The notes: generated by a model not told the origin, from the letters alone. A stretch of 64,000 bases of DNA from Waddliaceae bacterium (GCA_963724325.1 CAVRUH010000007.1:192001-256000), one strand, 5' to 3'; shown: positions 9,166-19,989, counted from the stretch's first letter. Numbers and translations are program-made.

Positions 9166-10806
9166 TCATCTTAATGCATTATTAACAATATTTTGAGCGT
9201 CAGCTAGGATTTTTTTTAGGTGATCTTTGCCTAAAAAGCTTTCTGCATAAATTTTATAAATGTCTTCTGTTCCTGAAGGGCGGGCAGCAAACCACCCATT
9301 TTTTGTTATTACTTTCACTCCGCCGATAGGAGCGCTGTTCCCAGGCGCTTGAGTTAATATAGACTGAATTTTCTCTCCGGCAAGGTCCGAACTTGTGATT
9401 TGTTTAGAAGACAATTTTTTCAATCGCTCTTTTTGTTCTGGCGTAGCTTTGGCTTCTACTCTGTCATATATGGGATTGCCGAGTTCTTGTGTTAATTCTT
9501 TGTATATTTCACCGGGATCTTTGCCTAGGCGTGCCGTCATTTCAGCAGCAAGAAGTGCAAGAATAATTCCATCTTTATCTGTGGACCAAACAGAGCCATT
9601 TTTTCGAGCAAAGGAAGCCCCTGCGCTCTCTTCTCCACCGAATGTAAGTGATCCGTCGAACAATCCGTCAACAAACCACTTAAAGCCAACAGGAACCTCA
9701 TAGAGTTTTCGCTTAAGTTTGTCAGAGACTCGATCGAGCATTTGGCTGCTTACCAAAGTTTTTCCCACCATTGCTTCTTTACTCCATTGTTCCCGATGGG
9801 TGAAGAGATAGAAAACAGCTGCTGAAAGGTAGTGATTTGGCGGCAGCAGGCCCGAACTTCTGCTTACAATTCCATGTCTGTCGTGGTCTGTATCACAAGC
9901 GAAGGCGATCTCAAAGCGATCCTTCAAATGTATTAAACGTTGCATGGCATAAGGAGAAGAAGGATCCATGCGAATTTGACCGTCCCAATCGACAGTCATA
10001 AAACTAAATGTGGGGTCGACAACTTCGCTGACGACAGTAAGATTCAAATTGTATTGATCAGCAATCTTCTTCCAATAATGAACACCTGCACCTCCAAGAG
10101 GATCTACTCCTAGGCTGATTTTGGATTTACTTATGATATCCATATCAATCACGTTGATAAGATCATTAATATATTTTTCTTGATAATTATGCCGATGAGT
10201 TGTGGGAGCATTTATTGCCTTTTCATATGCAATTCGTTTTACACCAGACAATTTATTTTCAAGATATCCATTAGCTTTCTTTTCGATCCAGCTTGTGACT
10301 GCGAGGTCTGCAGGGCCGCCGTTTGGAGGGTTGTATTTAAATCCACCTTCATGAGGGGGATTATGGGAGGGTGTAATGACAATTCCATCGGCAGGGTTTG
10401 TTTTTCTGTTAGAGTTGTAGGTAAGAATGGCATGAGAGATCACTGGAGTTGGGGTGTATTCATCACCTTCAGAAAGCATGACTTGCACACCATTGGCAGC
10501 GAGCACTTCCATACTGCTTGCCAGTGCTGGGGTAGAAAGTGCATGTGTATCCATTCCTAGAAATAGGGGACCATTAATTTTTTGTTGGAGACGATAATCG
10601 CATATTGCTTGGGTAATTGCCAAGATGTGATTTTCATTAAATGATTTGCTGAAGGAAGAGCCACGGTGGCCTGAAGTGCCAAACTGAACCCGTTCTGAGA
10701 GTACTGTTGGATCTGGTTTCTCTACATAATACGCAGTTAAGAGTTTTGGAACATTCACGAGTTGTGATTGTTCCGCCGGTTTTCCGGCTAAAGGGCTTAT
10801 TTTCAT
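9166..10806 (-). CDS. pgm: Phosphoglucomutase (alpha-D-glucose-1,6-bisphosphate-dependent)
   Basis: FGTSGHRG, TPSHNP phosphoserine loop, DTDHDR metal loop, GEESAG, RPSGTE. Confidence 0.97.
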   Translation of the reverse strand: MKISPLAGKPAEQSQLVNVPKLLTAYYVEKPDPTVLSERVQFGTSGHRGSSFSKSFNENHILAITQAICDYRLQQKINGPLFLGMDTHALSTPALASSMEVLAANGVQVMLSEGDEYTPTPVISHAILTYNSNRKTNPADGIVITPSHNPPHEGGFKYNPPNGGPADLAVTSWIEKKANGYLENKLSGVKRIAYEKAINAPTTHRHNYQEKYINDLINVIDMDIISKSKISLGVDPLGGAGVHYWKKIADQYNLNLTVVSEVVDPTFSFMTVDWDGQIRMDPSSPYAMQRLIHLKDRFEIAFACDTDHDRHGIVSRSSGLLPPNHYLSAAVFYLFTHREQWSKEAMVGKTLVSSQMLDRVSDKLKRKLYEVPVGFKWFVDGLFDGSLTFGGEESAGASFARKNGSVWSTDKDGIILALLAAEMTARLGKDPGEIYKELTQELGNPIYDRVEAKATPEQKERLKKLSSKQITSSDLAGEKIQSILTQAPGNSAPIGGVKVITKNGWFAARPSGTEDIYKIYAESFLGKDHLKKILADAQNIVNNALR

Positions 10807-10908
10807 GTTTTTACCTTAATAAATTTCACTTTATCATTTTTTTTCTTTATCCAAAATATTAATAAATAGATATCATGGGATTGAGCATAAATTTTGAGGA
10901 GAGCATGC

Positions 10909-12264
10909 ATGAAATTAAAATTTTTAGGAGCTACTCGAACTGTTACTGGCTCAAAATACCTATTAACGGAAGGTAGCCAACGAGTTTTAATTGATTGCGG
11001 CCTTTTTCAGGGGTTGAAAGAGCTTCGATTAAGGAACTGGGAGCCTTTTCCTGAGGATGTAAACTCAATTAGTGCTATCGTTCTGACCCATGCGCATATT
11101 GATCACACTGGCTATATTCCCTTATTGGTGCGACAAGGTTACAAAGGTCCAATTTATGCTTCGTCCGCAACTGCAGAGCTTTGCAGCATCCTTTTACGTG
11201 ACTGTGGCAGAATACAGGAAGAAGACACGAGGCGAGCCAATAAATATGGCTATACAAAACATAAACCAGCTCTTCCCCTGTACACCGAACAAGATGCCAT
11301 CGAGGCCCTCAAACAATTTAAGACGTATGAGTTTGGCGAAGAATTAAAATTGGGAAGCGACCTTTCGGTTCATATGAGTAGAGCAGGACATATTCTTGGC
11401 TCGGCCATTTTGACCTTCCGCAATGGCGATACTACTCTAGTATTCACCGGAGACCTCGGCAGGCCAAATGATCCTATCATGAAAGAACCTGCCATTATCC
11501 AAAATGCTGACTATTTAGTTATGGAATCAACTTATGGAAATCGGTTGCACTCCACTATTGATCCCAAAAAAGAGTTGGGGGAAATCATTTCATCTACGGT
11601 TCATAAAGGGGGATCAGTAATTATCCCATCATTCGCAGTGGGAAGGACGCAAACAATTCTTTATTTAATTTACTTGCTAAAGCAAGAAAAAGCCATTCCG
11701 GACATCCCAATATATTTGGATAGTCCGATGGCAGAAGATGCTACCGATTTACTACTTAGATTTAAATCGCAACTCCGACTTTCTGAGGAAGTTTGCAAAG
11801 CAGTCCATAATATCGCTCACTATGTGAAAACCTCTGAAGAGTCAAAGCGTTTGAATAATTTAGTCTATCCTGCAGTCATCATTTCTGCAAGCGGGATGGC
11901 AGAAGGGGGAAGGGTGTTGCATCATATTAAGCATTTTGGACCAGATCCTTTAAATGCGATTGTATTTACTGGTTTTCAAGCTTCTATGACACGGGGGGAC
12001 AGGATTCTTCGAGGAGCAAAAGAGGTAAAAATCCATGGGGAAATAGTTCACATACGAGCACGAATAGAAAATTTGAGTAGCCTCTCCAGTCATGCTGACT
12101 ATGAAGAACTAATCACTTGGTTGAGAAACTTTCAAGAACAACCACGCACTGTATTTTTGACTCATGGCGAAGCTGAGGCAAGTGAAGCTTTAAAGAAAAT
12201 CATTGAAGAAAAACTTAAATGGAATGTTAAAATTCCCAATTACCTAGAGGAAATTTCACTATGA
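10909..12264 (+). CDS. MBL-fold metallo-hydrolase, beta-CASP ribonuclease family
   Basis: FLGATRTVTGS, THAHIDH, AGHILGS, MESTYG, SSHAD, LTHGE. Start placed at the ATG at 10909. Confidence 0.92.
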   Translation: MKLKFLGATRTVTGSKYLLTEGSQRVLIDCGLFQGLKELRLRNWEPFPEDVNSISAIVLTHAHIDHTGYIPLLVRQGYKGPIYASSATAELCSILLRDCGRIQEEDTRRANKYGYTKHKPALPLYTEQDAIEALKQFKTYEFGEELKLGSDLSVHMSRAGHILGSAILTFRNGDTTLVFTGDLGRPNDPIMKEPAIIQNADYLVMESTYGNRLHSTIDPKKELGEIISSTVHKGGSVIIPSFAVGRTQTILYLIYLLKQEKAIPDIPIYLDSPMAEDATDLLLRFKSQLRLSEEVCKAVHNIAHYVKTSEESKRLNNLVYPAVIISASGMAEGGRVLHHIKHFGPDPLNAIVFTGFQASMTRGDRILRGAKEVKIHGEIVHIRARIENLSSLSSHADYEELITWLRNFQEQPRTVFLTHGEAEASEALKKIIEEKLKWNVKIPNYLEEISL

Positions 12265-12663
12265 CTCATTTTCCTCTTTTTCTTGGTTTTCCTCTTTTTT
12301 CTTTTTTTTGCGTTTGTCTTTGTCGGACCCTTTTTTCTGTATAGAATCTTTAAGTTTTTTTTCTTCTTCTAGGCGTTTTTCCTCATCTTCAAGGACTTTT
12401 CTTCGTGCTAAGATGGTTTCGGCGTTTTCCATATGAGCAAAGTTGCTTTTCCATGATTTATGCGGCCTTTCTGATTGTTGAATGGTTTGAGTCGCTGCAT
12501 CTTTATGATGACCACCCCCGCCATGGTGATGAACTCCCATTTCGCTTTGATCTTGAGGCATTTGAATAGGTGGCGGTTGACCTGGTTTTCCTACAGCGCC
12601 ACCGGCATTGCGATCATAACTTGGACTGACATGATGAGAATGAGACGGCTCTAACGGACCCAT
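12259..12663 (-). CDS. Hypothetical low-complexity protein (His/Pro/Gly N-terminus, Lys/Glu tail)
   Basis: 134-aa ORF with an AGGAG RBS and a TATAAT upstream. Confidence 0.65.
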   Translation of the reverse strand: MGPLEPSHSHHVSPSYDRNAGGAVGKPGQPPPIQMPQDQSEMGVHHHGGGGHHKDAATQTIQQSERPHKSWKSNFAHMENAETILARRKVLEDEEKRLEEEKKLKDSIQKKGSDKDKRKKKKKEENQEKEENES

Positions 12664-12735
12664 AGCTTAAACTCTCCTATATCTTCATTATATCAAATAA
12701 TTATTATATTGCATAGGAGAAAAAAGTGTGTTTTT

Positions 12736-15342
12736 TTAGAGTTTTTGGATGAGTTTAAAGGGGCTGAAAATTTCCCACGGCTTGAGCCATGAGGACTGTA
12801 TCATGGGCTCAAGAGCGCTTTTGTCATCGCTTGTTGTCCAAATTTCAAGCTTGCCTGTTCCGGGATTGATCACAAAACAAAAATGGAGGTCATTTAGGCC
12901 TTCATTCCAATTACTATCTCCGATATGTACGGCACTGTGATTTAATTTTCGCTTTGTAGCGGGTGATAACTCTTGGTACACAATGCGATCCAAAATCTGA
13001 GCTGATTTTATGGGGTTTTCGATGTATTTGCAGATATGATTCCTAAATTGACATATCGTAGTTGTGTCATTTAAATTGATTAGCTCTTCTATAATTTTTT
13101 TATTTGCCGTTGCTAATAGCTGCTTTTGAACAAGTTCTACTACTTTTTTTCTATAAACCGATTTAGTATTTTTGTTAGCCACATTTTCCCCTGGTTTTAT
13201 GACAAGATCTTTCAGCGTCTTACTAGATTTCCAGAAAGCACAAAATGTAGGATGGCCTAGTATTAAGGTGAAAGCATGTACTCCGGTTATTCGCGCAGCA
13301 ATGGGATAGTTAGGGTTAACTTCAAACCTTTTTCTAACATCTTCAGGGAGACCACGGGTATATGTTACGATTAAGTCGAACAAATCCTCAGTACTGTTAG
13401 GTTTAATAATTTGGGGTTGCAGGGCTTCTGGTAATTCTAAATAGATTTGAGCGACAAGGCTGAAATTATGTCCAGTTTTGGTGATCCATGGCGCATATTT
13501 TATTTTTTTTGGTTCGGATAGTTTTGGTGTTGATTTTGATGTTTTGGGTTTGTACTGATTGATGATATTTTCTAGGAACGCGTCGGAATTGACAAATTCG
13601 TTCAATTCTTTTACGTCGATTTCCGAAAGGATATCCAAAATAAAGGATTTAAATTCTCCTGGAGTATCTACTCGTTTCCATTCGGTCAGGAATGTTCCTG
13701 GTGCACCTGTATGTAAGACAAAGGCCCCTTGAGTGGTGCGGAGGTCTTTTGAGGGCGTTGATCCATTGATAATTGGATCGTACAGCATGTGAATGTGTCC
13801 AATAAGTTTTTGTTCTATTTTTTTAAGTATTTCTTGTTTATCGGGAGATGAGATACTATCCAACTTAGCTTTAAGGACATCGAGGGTTACATTAATGACA
13901 TTGGAGGAGATGTGGCTTCCTTCTTTCACTTCTGCCATTGCGGCGATTGAGTTTTCCCATACACCCAAAAGGGGATTGCAAATCTGACCTTCAAATGCGA
14001 AACAGGTGGCGATGAGAGGTGATTTGGCTCCTTTTTTAAAGGAGTAATCGGCAATGCCTTCGAGGATTTCTATTACTGTTACATTAATCTTTCCTTCAGT
14101 ATTTTGGTGTTTATCGGCAAAAATAGAATTCAAGGTGCCCTGACATGCATCTTTATAATTTTCAATCGCAACAGCTTGGCAAGCTTTAATGAATCCAGGG
14201 ACTTCCCAAAGATCCACGAGAGGCTTGTTTTGGCGGTAAATTTTCCCGACTTTATCAATAGTAATTAGGTGATTTAAGCTCTTATTATTTAATCGCATCA
14301 AAAATGGAATGTCCTTCACCACATTTTTTACTTTTCGTATTAACTTACTTTCTCTTAATATGAGTGCAAAATCGTCCAGACACTGATCAAGTTCTGAAAA
14401 AAGCAGTCCTATCACCAATGGCGTTGCAAAGCATGAACCATCAGTGCCTTGTCGTACGTGTGAAAGTAAAGCTGATAGTGCAGTTTGCTGGGCATGAAGA
14501 TCGGTCGGAATCGTCGTTATTGGAAGATCCAGTACTGCGCGAATCACCCGATTGGATGGAATAAATTCTGTATTTGGCTTTAGTATATTGCCTAATTTTT
14601 GTCTAAGCGCGGGGCATGACAGAAGGGAATTTAGCGTGTATACTATATTGATCTCATAATTGAGTGGATGTTGAGGCTCGTCGACAAAACAGCGGATGAG
14701 GGAGGGGATAATGCCAAAATTAACTCCTCCATTTTTTGTCATTATTAATTGTGCGAGTTCTATTGACAATTGAGTCATTAATGCAATATCAGCTGATTGG
14801 ATCATCGATTTTTTATGAGATAAGTAATGCATTTCTAATTTGTCCAGCACTGCTTTTAGTTCTTCATCAAAAGCTGTGACAATATCATCAATCGTAAGTT
14901 GGAATTTTTTTTCTTTGTCTAATAAAAGAATTAATTTACCAAGTATTTCCATTGCTCCTTTATTGTTTTTAGATAGGTATATGGCAAATTCCAGGATGCT
15001 ATTATTGCAATTTTTCTGCATGGCCAAACAAATCAATAATTCCTGCAAATAAGGCTGTTTGATCTGAGCTAAATCTTTGCTTACGTTGGCAATTATTTTG
15101 AAGTCGTCTCTTAGGCCGATATGATGTTCATCTATAGAAAAATGTGAATCATGATCGTGCAAGGATTTTTGAGAAATAATTTTTCCAACTTCAAGTTTGC
15201 GCGAACTGAGTTCTAATTTACTTTTGAATCGTTTAATAATCCTCTCACCGACAAAATTTACGTTTTGGTCGATTTCATTATTAATTTTGTTTGTATCAAA
15301 TGTTTTTTTGAAAAAAAAGACAGGAGGATTTGGATCGATCAT
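12736..15342 (-). CDS. Hypothetical protein, possibly cysteine-protease-like
   Basis: 868-aa ORF with RQGTDGSCFA, VHAFTL and IGDSNW motifs. Confidence 0.7.
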   Translation of the reverse strand: MIDPNPPVFFFKKTFDTNKINNEIDQNVNFVGERIIKRFKSKLELSSRKLEVGKIISQKSLHDHDSHFSIDEHHIGLRDDFKIIANVSKDLAQIKQPYLQELLICLAMQKNCNNSILEFAIYLSKNNKGAMEILGKLILLLDKEKKFQLTIDDIVTAFDEELKAVLDKLEMHYLSHKKSMIQSADIALMTQLSIELAQLIMTKNGGVNFGIIPSLIRCFVDEPQHPLNYEINIVYTLNSLLSCPALRQKLGNILKPNTEFIPSNRVIRAVLDLPITTIPTDLHAQQTALSALLSHVRQGTDGSCFATPLVIGLLFSELDQCLDDFALILRESKLIRKVKNVVKDIPFLMRLNNKSLNHLITIDKVGKIYRQNKPLVDLWEVPGFIKACQAVAIENYKDACQGTLNSIFADKHQNTEGKINVTVIEILEGIADYSFKKGAKSPLIATCFAFEGQICNPLLGVWENSIAAMAEVKEGSHISSNVINVTLDVLKAKLDSISSPDKQEILKKIEQKLIGHIHMLYDPIINGSTPSKDLRTTQGAFVLHTGAPGTFLTEWKRVDTPGEFKSFILDILSEIDVKELNEFVNSDAFLENIINQYKPKTSKSTPKLSEPKKIKYAPWITKTGHNFSLVAQIYLELPEALQPQIIKPNSTEDLFDLIVTYTRGLPEDVRKRFEVNPNYPIAARITGVHAFTLILGHPTFCAFWKSSKTLKDLVIKPGENVANKNTKSVYRKKVVELVQKQLLATANKKIIEELINLNDTTTICQFRNHICKYIENPIKSAQILDRIVYQELSPATKRKLNHSAVHIGDSNWNEGLNDLHFCFVINPGTGKLEIWTTSDDKSALEPMIQSSWLKPWEIFSPFKLIQKL

Positions 15343-15367
15343 ATGGTACCTCTAAAATGTCAAAAAA

Positions 15368-15919
15368 TTACTTGCTTTTTGGTGCTTCTTCTGCGTGGAC
15401 TTTATCTACGAGAAGATATAGAGGTGGTTCTTTATGCGGTTGGTAGAGAGTCCCTTCAACAATAAAGGTTTTATGTGTTGCCGAATTTTCTTGAATAGAT
15501 TTGAGAATATTGTCATCGAGCTTAAGATACTTGCCGGCGGGTTCCTCTGGTCGGTAGCTTACTAATTCGAAGCTTGTATTGTCCCCTTCAGAAACTAGCT
15601 CGACTCGATCTTTGGTTGCATTGATTCTACCTCGCACCACAACAGCGATGTCATAGAGGCCAACTCCGACCCTTTGCATGGGTCGTTTGATAGCTTTATA
15701 GGAAAAAGGTTGATATTTCTTCCATTTGATATTGATAGTTCCAGAGAGATTACTGACTGTAAATGATTCAATTTCCTTAACTTCTTTGAAGCTGTCGTTG
15801 AGGAGGACGACGCAGTTCTCGTTGCATGACCGTTCTCTCCATCGAACGACGACGGATTGGATCTCCGCCTGTAGCGATCCTAGACAAATCAACGAAGCTA
15901 AAATGAGTAGTTTTTTCAT
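15368..15919 (-). CDS. Exported hypothetical protein with a CxxxC motif (HMA-like N-domain)
   Basis: Signal peptide MKKLLILASLICLGSLQA; SCNENC. Confidence 0.65.
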   Translation of the reverse strand: MKKLLILASLICLGSLQAEIQSVVVRWRERSCNENCVVLLNDSFKEVKEIESFTVSNLSGTINIKWKKYQPFSYKAIKRPMQRVGVGLYDIAVVVRGRINATKDRVELVSEGDNTSFELVSYRPEEPAGKYLKLDDNILKSIQENSATHKTFIVEGTLYQPHKEPPLYLLVDKVHAEEAPKSK

Positions 15920-15953
15920 ATATTCTGATCTATCTCAAAAATGACCAAATTTG

Positions 15954-17069
15954 TCAAATAAATTTTTTATCTTCCACGGACAAATTGGGAACATGTTGAC
16001 CCCCCTCTCCAGGGAAAAACTGACTTCTATATAATTTATCGAGATCAACTATAGGTGTAAATAACACGGACGGGCTAATATTTCTATCTTCTGTTATTAT
16101 TTGTACAGGTGTCTTAGCTTTTTTAGAAAAGTTAGGTCGCGAAAAATTATAGAAATTTTGATACATTCGAGTCTTTATGAAGAAATCATCCCTTGAATCT
16201 GAAATTCTCTAAATCAAAAAATTCAACTTCAATCGTATTGTGTATACTTTCGACATCTGCATTCGCATTGCTCATACTCGGAGGAATATAATTATGCTTG
16301 GCACCAAACTGACTCTCTATAAGATCGACAAATCCATCCACCTTTACACCGCGTTGCCTTCCACCACCAAATTCGCTTCCATTGTCCGTCTGCACAATTA
16401 CTTCACTCAAATCAACCTTGAAATACTTTAGCCAATCTAAATAAAACGAAGTGAATAGTATTGAATACTGTTCACTGTATTCATCAGCGAATCCTAAAAC
16501 TGTACCACCACTTTTCGTATCTCTAATCGTATATTGATATTTAGGAAGGCCTAGTGATTGCATTGTGTCCAATAATACGGAATGTCCTTCAGATGCTTAA
16601 CATCTTCTTGATGGTGTGTGAGTGCTTTATATTTTGCCTTAATTGCTCGGAGATCGTTTTTTGTATGGTGCTTTTTCTTTCGCTTTCTTGCCAAGCCCCT
16701 GGACTTAAGAATCCTTCTTATAGCATCTTCAGAAGCCTTAATCTCAAAAAACCATTTCAGTCGTTTCGGTCCGTAACACGGAACTTCCTTGCGACACTTA
16801 ACGATATAATCTTCGTCTTCCTGAGATGTTTTATGTGGAATATTCTTAGGGGCCCGGCTACGATTAACTAGTCCGGAACGTCCTTCAATTTTATATCTTT
16901 CAACCCAAAGATCAACAGTATTTTTGCTACACCCAAATTTCTTTTCGGTAGCATTTTTCCCATGTTTTTCGGCATATCTCACCATTTGCAAGCGAATTGC
17001 CTCTTGTTCTGCTTTACTTCTTTTGTTAACCATATTACAGTACGGTGTTGGTTCATGTTTTGACTTCAT
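15954..17069 (-). pseudogene. IS481-like transposase, frameshifted twice
   Basis: Relative to copy 1 there is a 1-bp deletion near 16563 and an insertion near 16198, splitting it into three ORFs. Confidence 0.9.
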
Positions 17070-17807
17070 TACGGATGCCTCCTTTACTCGAAGGTCATCC
17101 TAGTAATGAAGTCTTTTTTTTAAAACAAATTCTTGATATAAATATGCATATTGCATGCCAATTTGGAGGTAGAAGTATGCATCTGAATAATACCAGTAAA
17201 ACCAACGAAATCAACAGCAAGTCACCCTACAAATTAACCGCGGAACAAAATAGGGTATATTTATGGCTAAAGGAGCAAAAGCTTAATGTAGATGATGACA
17301 CTCTTAATTATTGGACTAGAAAATACCATTCACAACGCTTAGTAGATGTAGTGAAATTTGCCTATAAAAGAATACACGAAGGAAAACAAATCAAAAATAT
17401 CGGGGGGGTGGATACATAAGCTACTCAAAGACGGCTCTCCCGTAGTAAACGATAACTGTCATAACAATCTCGAATTTCTCAAGCTATTTATGAAAGATCA
17501 TCCTTGGCAAAGCCTGAACGTTTATGAGAAGTATGTGAAAGATAAAATAACAGGGGATGATTTATCGCTAACCATACAACCAGCAGAATTTCGCAGGGCA
17601 GTGGTGGCAATGCACAATCGAAGCCAACTTTAATTTTCATTGCCTTATTATATTCAAATTTTTCTAGGAATGTTTAAAATTATTTTTATATCTTCATAAT
17701 AAACTTTCATTGCATACATTAATTTCTCTTTATATTTGGTTCCTAAACACTTTAATTTAATCTTATCATAGGTGGTAGGGGGGTCAACATGTGCCCCTAC
17801 TTTCCCG
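15977..17807 (-). mobile_element. IS481-like insertion sequence, copy 2 (complete, 1831 bp) with 15-bp target-site duplication
   Basis: Imperfect terminal IRs cggacaaattgggaacatgttgacccccc and ggggggtcaacatgtgcccctactttcccg. Direct repeat attttttatcttcca at 15962-15976 and 17808-17822. Confidence 0.95.
17177..17633 (+). pseudogene. IS passenger gene, frameshifted in a G7 run (G6 in copy 1)
   Basis: ORFs 17045-17419 and 17358-17633 join into one ~151-aa protein if one G at 17402-17408 is removed. Confidence 0.8.
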
Positions 17808-17883
17808 ATTTTTTATCTTCCAAATTAACACAATCTTTACGATACTTAAGTACAGTCAGATGTACAATGATGGAGGTTTTGTC

Positions 17884-19989
17884 ATGAACGCAGTTAATAC
17901 TTTACAACCAGCACTTGGGGGGAATTCCCTCCCTCCAGCAACACCTGCACTTCGAACAAATGTTACTTTAGTAGAGAAAATCAAAGCCGTAGTAATTGCT
18001 ATCTTTATGGTCATCAGAGATTGTTTTCTTAAAATTGGCAGTTGGTTTGTACGTAAACGAGTAAAATTGGCTCCATTAACTGCACAAGAATTACCCCGAC
18101 AGGTTACAAGAATTTTTGATCCTAATGGAAGAGGGGAGGCGAGTGAACAAAATCCATTTGAAGCCCTGACCAGGAGAGCTACAATTACATTACAGGAGGG
18201 GACTAAATCCCTTAAAGAAAAGACAGCGAAGGGGCTCAATATTTCTCTCATTGCAAATACAGTCAAGGATGCTGTTAAAGATAAAATAATATTTGGCTAT
18301 TCATACAATAAATTCATAGATCTTTTAAAACATTATTCTCAATCGAATGGACAGCTGCTGAATATTTTTGATGCGAAAGATCGAAAGTATATAAAGTCAG
18401 ATAAGGTGCGCGAGTGGTCGAGGGATACCACTAAGGATTTCATGCCCTGTTTCAATTTAAATGATTCGGCTATTATCGATGTAGTTTTAAAGAGAACATA
18501 TCTTAAGTTATACAAAAATAAGCTTACCGATTATTTTGAACGATTTACTGAAACATTCAAGAATTTATCAGAAAAAGCTATTGATGAAATGTATGAATCG
18601 AATACCAATATTTTCTTAGAAAAGCCGCTTGGATTGCTTTCCGGAGATATGGTTGTTAAAAAGACAGCAAAAGGATTCACATACTATGAAGAGACAGTGG
18701 ATCAAACGGTTTCTTTGATAAAAGAATTTTTACAGGATTTAGAAACACCTGGAAGTCATGTTCAAGATGATGAGGCATATGAGTTAACTGCAGGTAAATT
18801 ATTAGAACTTCTGCAATTTATTACCAATAAGAATGAATTTAGTACCCCTGTTGAGCTTTTTGAATTGCCTGAAGAATTAACTCCTTTGTTTGAAGAAGGT
18901 TATGCAATTCTTGAAGAGATTAATTGTGACAGTTTGCAAGAAGCAATTACTGAATTGATGAATAGTTTTGAAAAATATAAACCGTTTGTTGAGCAATATA
19001 TTAATCCATTGATAGAGAAGGTACATTCAGGCGTTGATATTACAGTGTTCATTAAGGCAAGTCTTTCTAAGTTGTTCAGTCAATATGCCAATGTTTCCAG
19101 TTTAACTCGCCTGTTAAATGAGTCATTATTGCCACGAATAGAGAACCGGCTTATACGCCTTCTGGCTGGGAATGCCATGGCTAGCCAGAAAAATGTTGGG
19201 AAATATGCCACAGAATTTTTAAAAGTTATTAATGGCGATATAAACTTGCAAAATTTAAGTAATCAACTTCGCCAAACAGTCCATGCTGAGGCGAAGCTAT
19301 CGAAAGCGCTTGTTACTAATGCGGACGATTTTTTTGCCATTGTGAAGCCGACTCTAGAAGAAATCAAGAAACTCATAGAAGATAACACTCAAAGCACAGC
19401 AAATAAGCAAGTCAAGACTATTGAGCTGATTCAAAGATATTTTCTCGGGGCTGAAAGTCAGCATGTGAATCCTGATCTTGGCGTTATTGCCGATGAATTC
19501 ATTAGGTTGGCGGAGGTAGAGTTTAAGGCAAATGGATTTTCTGCTGCTCTGGCAAAATGGTATGTCAGTAGTGACAAGTGCACCGTCTATTTGAGCAAAC
19601 TTTTGAGCGATTCTATTTCCCCATATCGAACCTCTCCAAATATTTTCATTGATGCTGTTGCAGAGGCATATGAGAATAAAACTGATGATGAGGAGGAAGA
19701 GGTGGATGTAGAGTTAAAAGACATTGCCCCGGTAGTATTAGATCAGGCTCGTGTAGTTAATATTGCAAAACTGGTCCACGACCACATTTCAAAATTATCT
19801 GGAACGAAAGATGGATATCTTAATACTGGCAATTTATTTTGGGATACTTTTGGGTCGGATGAGAAGGTGCTTGCTAAAAACATCACTACGTTATTAACAA
19901 AACTTCTTGCAAATGCACCTAAAACCGAAGCTTTATTTGCCCAAATTACCGACGTATTGCTCGACAACATTATCCAGGCTTTAGATTAG
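17884..19989 (+). CDS. Hypothetical protein with an N-terminal hydrophobic segment (effector-like)
   Basis: GGAGG RBS before the ATG at 17884. The ORF-track start (17791) lies inside the IS inverted repeat. Confidence 0.75.
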   Translation: MNAVNTLQPALGGNSLPPATPALRTNVTLVEKIKAVVIAIFMVIRDCFLKIGSWFVRKRVKLAPLTAQELPRQVTRIFDPNGRGEASEQNPFEALTRRATITLQEGTKSLKEKTAKGLNISLIANTVKDAVKDKIIFGYSYNKFIDLLKHYSQSNGQLLNIFDAKDRKYIKSDKVREWSRDTTKDFMPCFNLNDSAIIDVVLKRTYLKLYKNKLTDYFERFTETFKNLSEKAIDEMYESNTNIFLEKPLGLLSGDMVVKKTAKGFTYYEETVDQTVSLIKEFLQDLETPGSHVQDDEAYELTAGKLLELLQFITNKNEFSTPVELFELPEELTPLFEEGYAILEEINCDSLQEAITELMNSFEKYKPFVEQYINPLIEKVHSGVDITVFIKASLSKLFSQYANVSSLTRLLNESLLPRIENRLIRLLAGNAMASQKNVGKYATEFLKVINGDINLQNLSNQLRQTVHAEAKLSKALVTNADDFFAIVKPTLEEIKKLIEDNTQSTANKQVKTIELIQRYFLGAESQHVNPDLGVIADEFIRLAEVEFKANGFSAALAKWYVSSDKCTVYLSKLLSDSISPYRTSPNIFIDAVAEAYENKTDDEEEEVDVELKDIAPVVLDQARVVNIAKLVHDHISKLSGTKDGYLNTGNLFWDTFGSDEKVLAKNITTLLTKLLANAPKTEALFAQITDVLLDNIIQALD

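Noticed and set aside
17791..17883. N-terminal 31 aa of the 732-aa ORF
   Set aside because: The start lies in the IS inverted repeat and target duplication; the RBS supports 17884.
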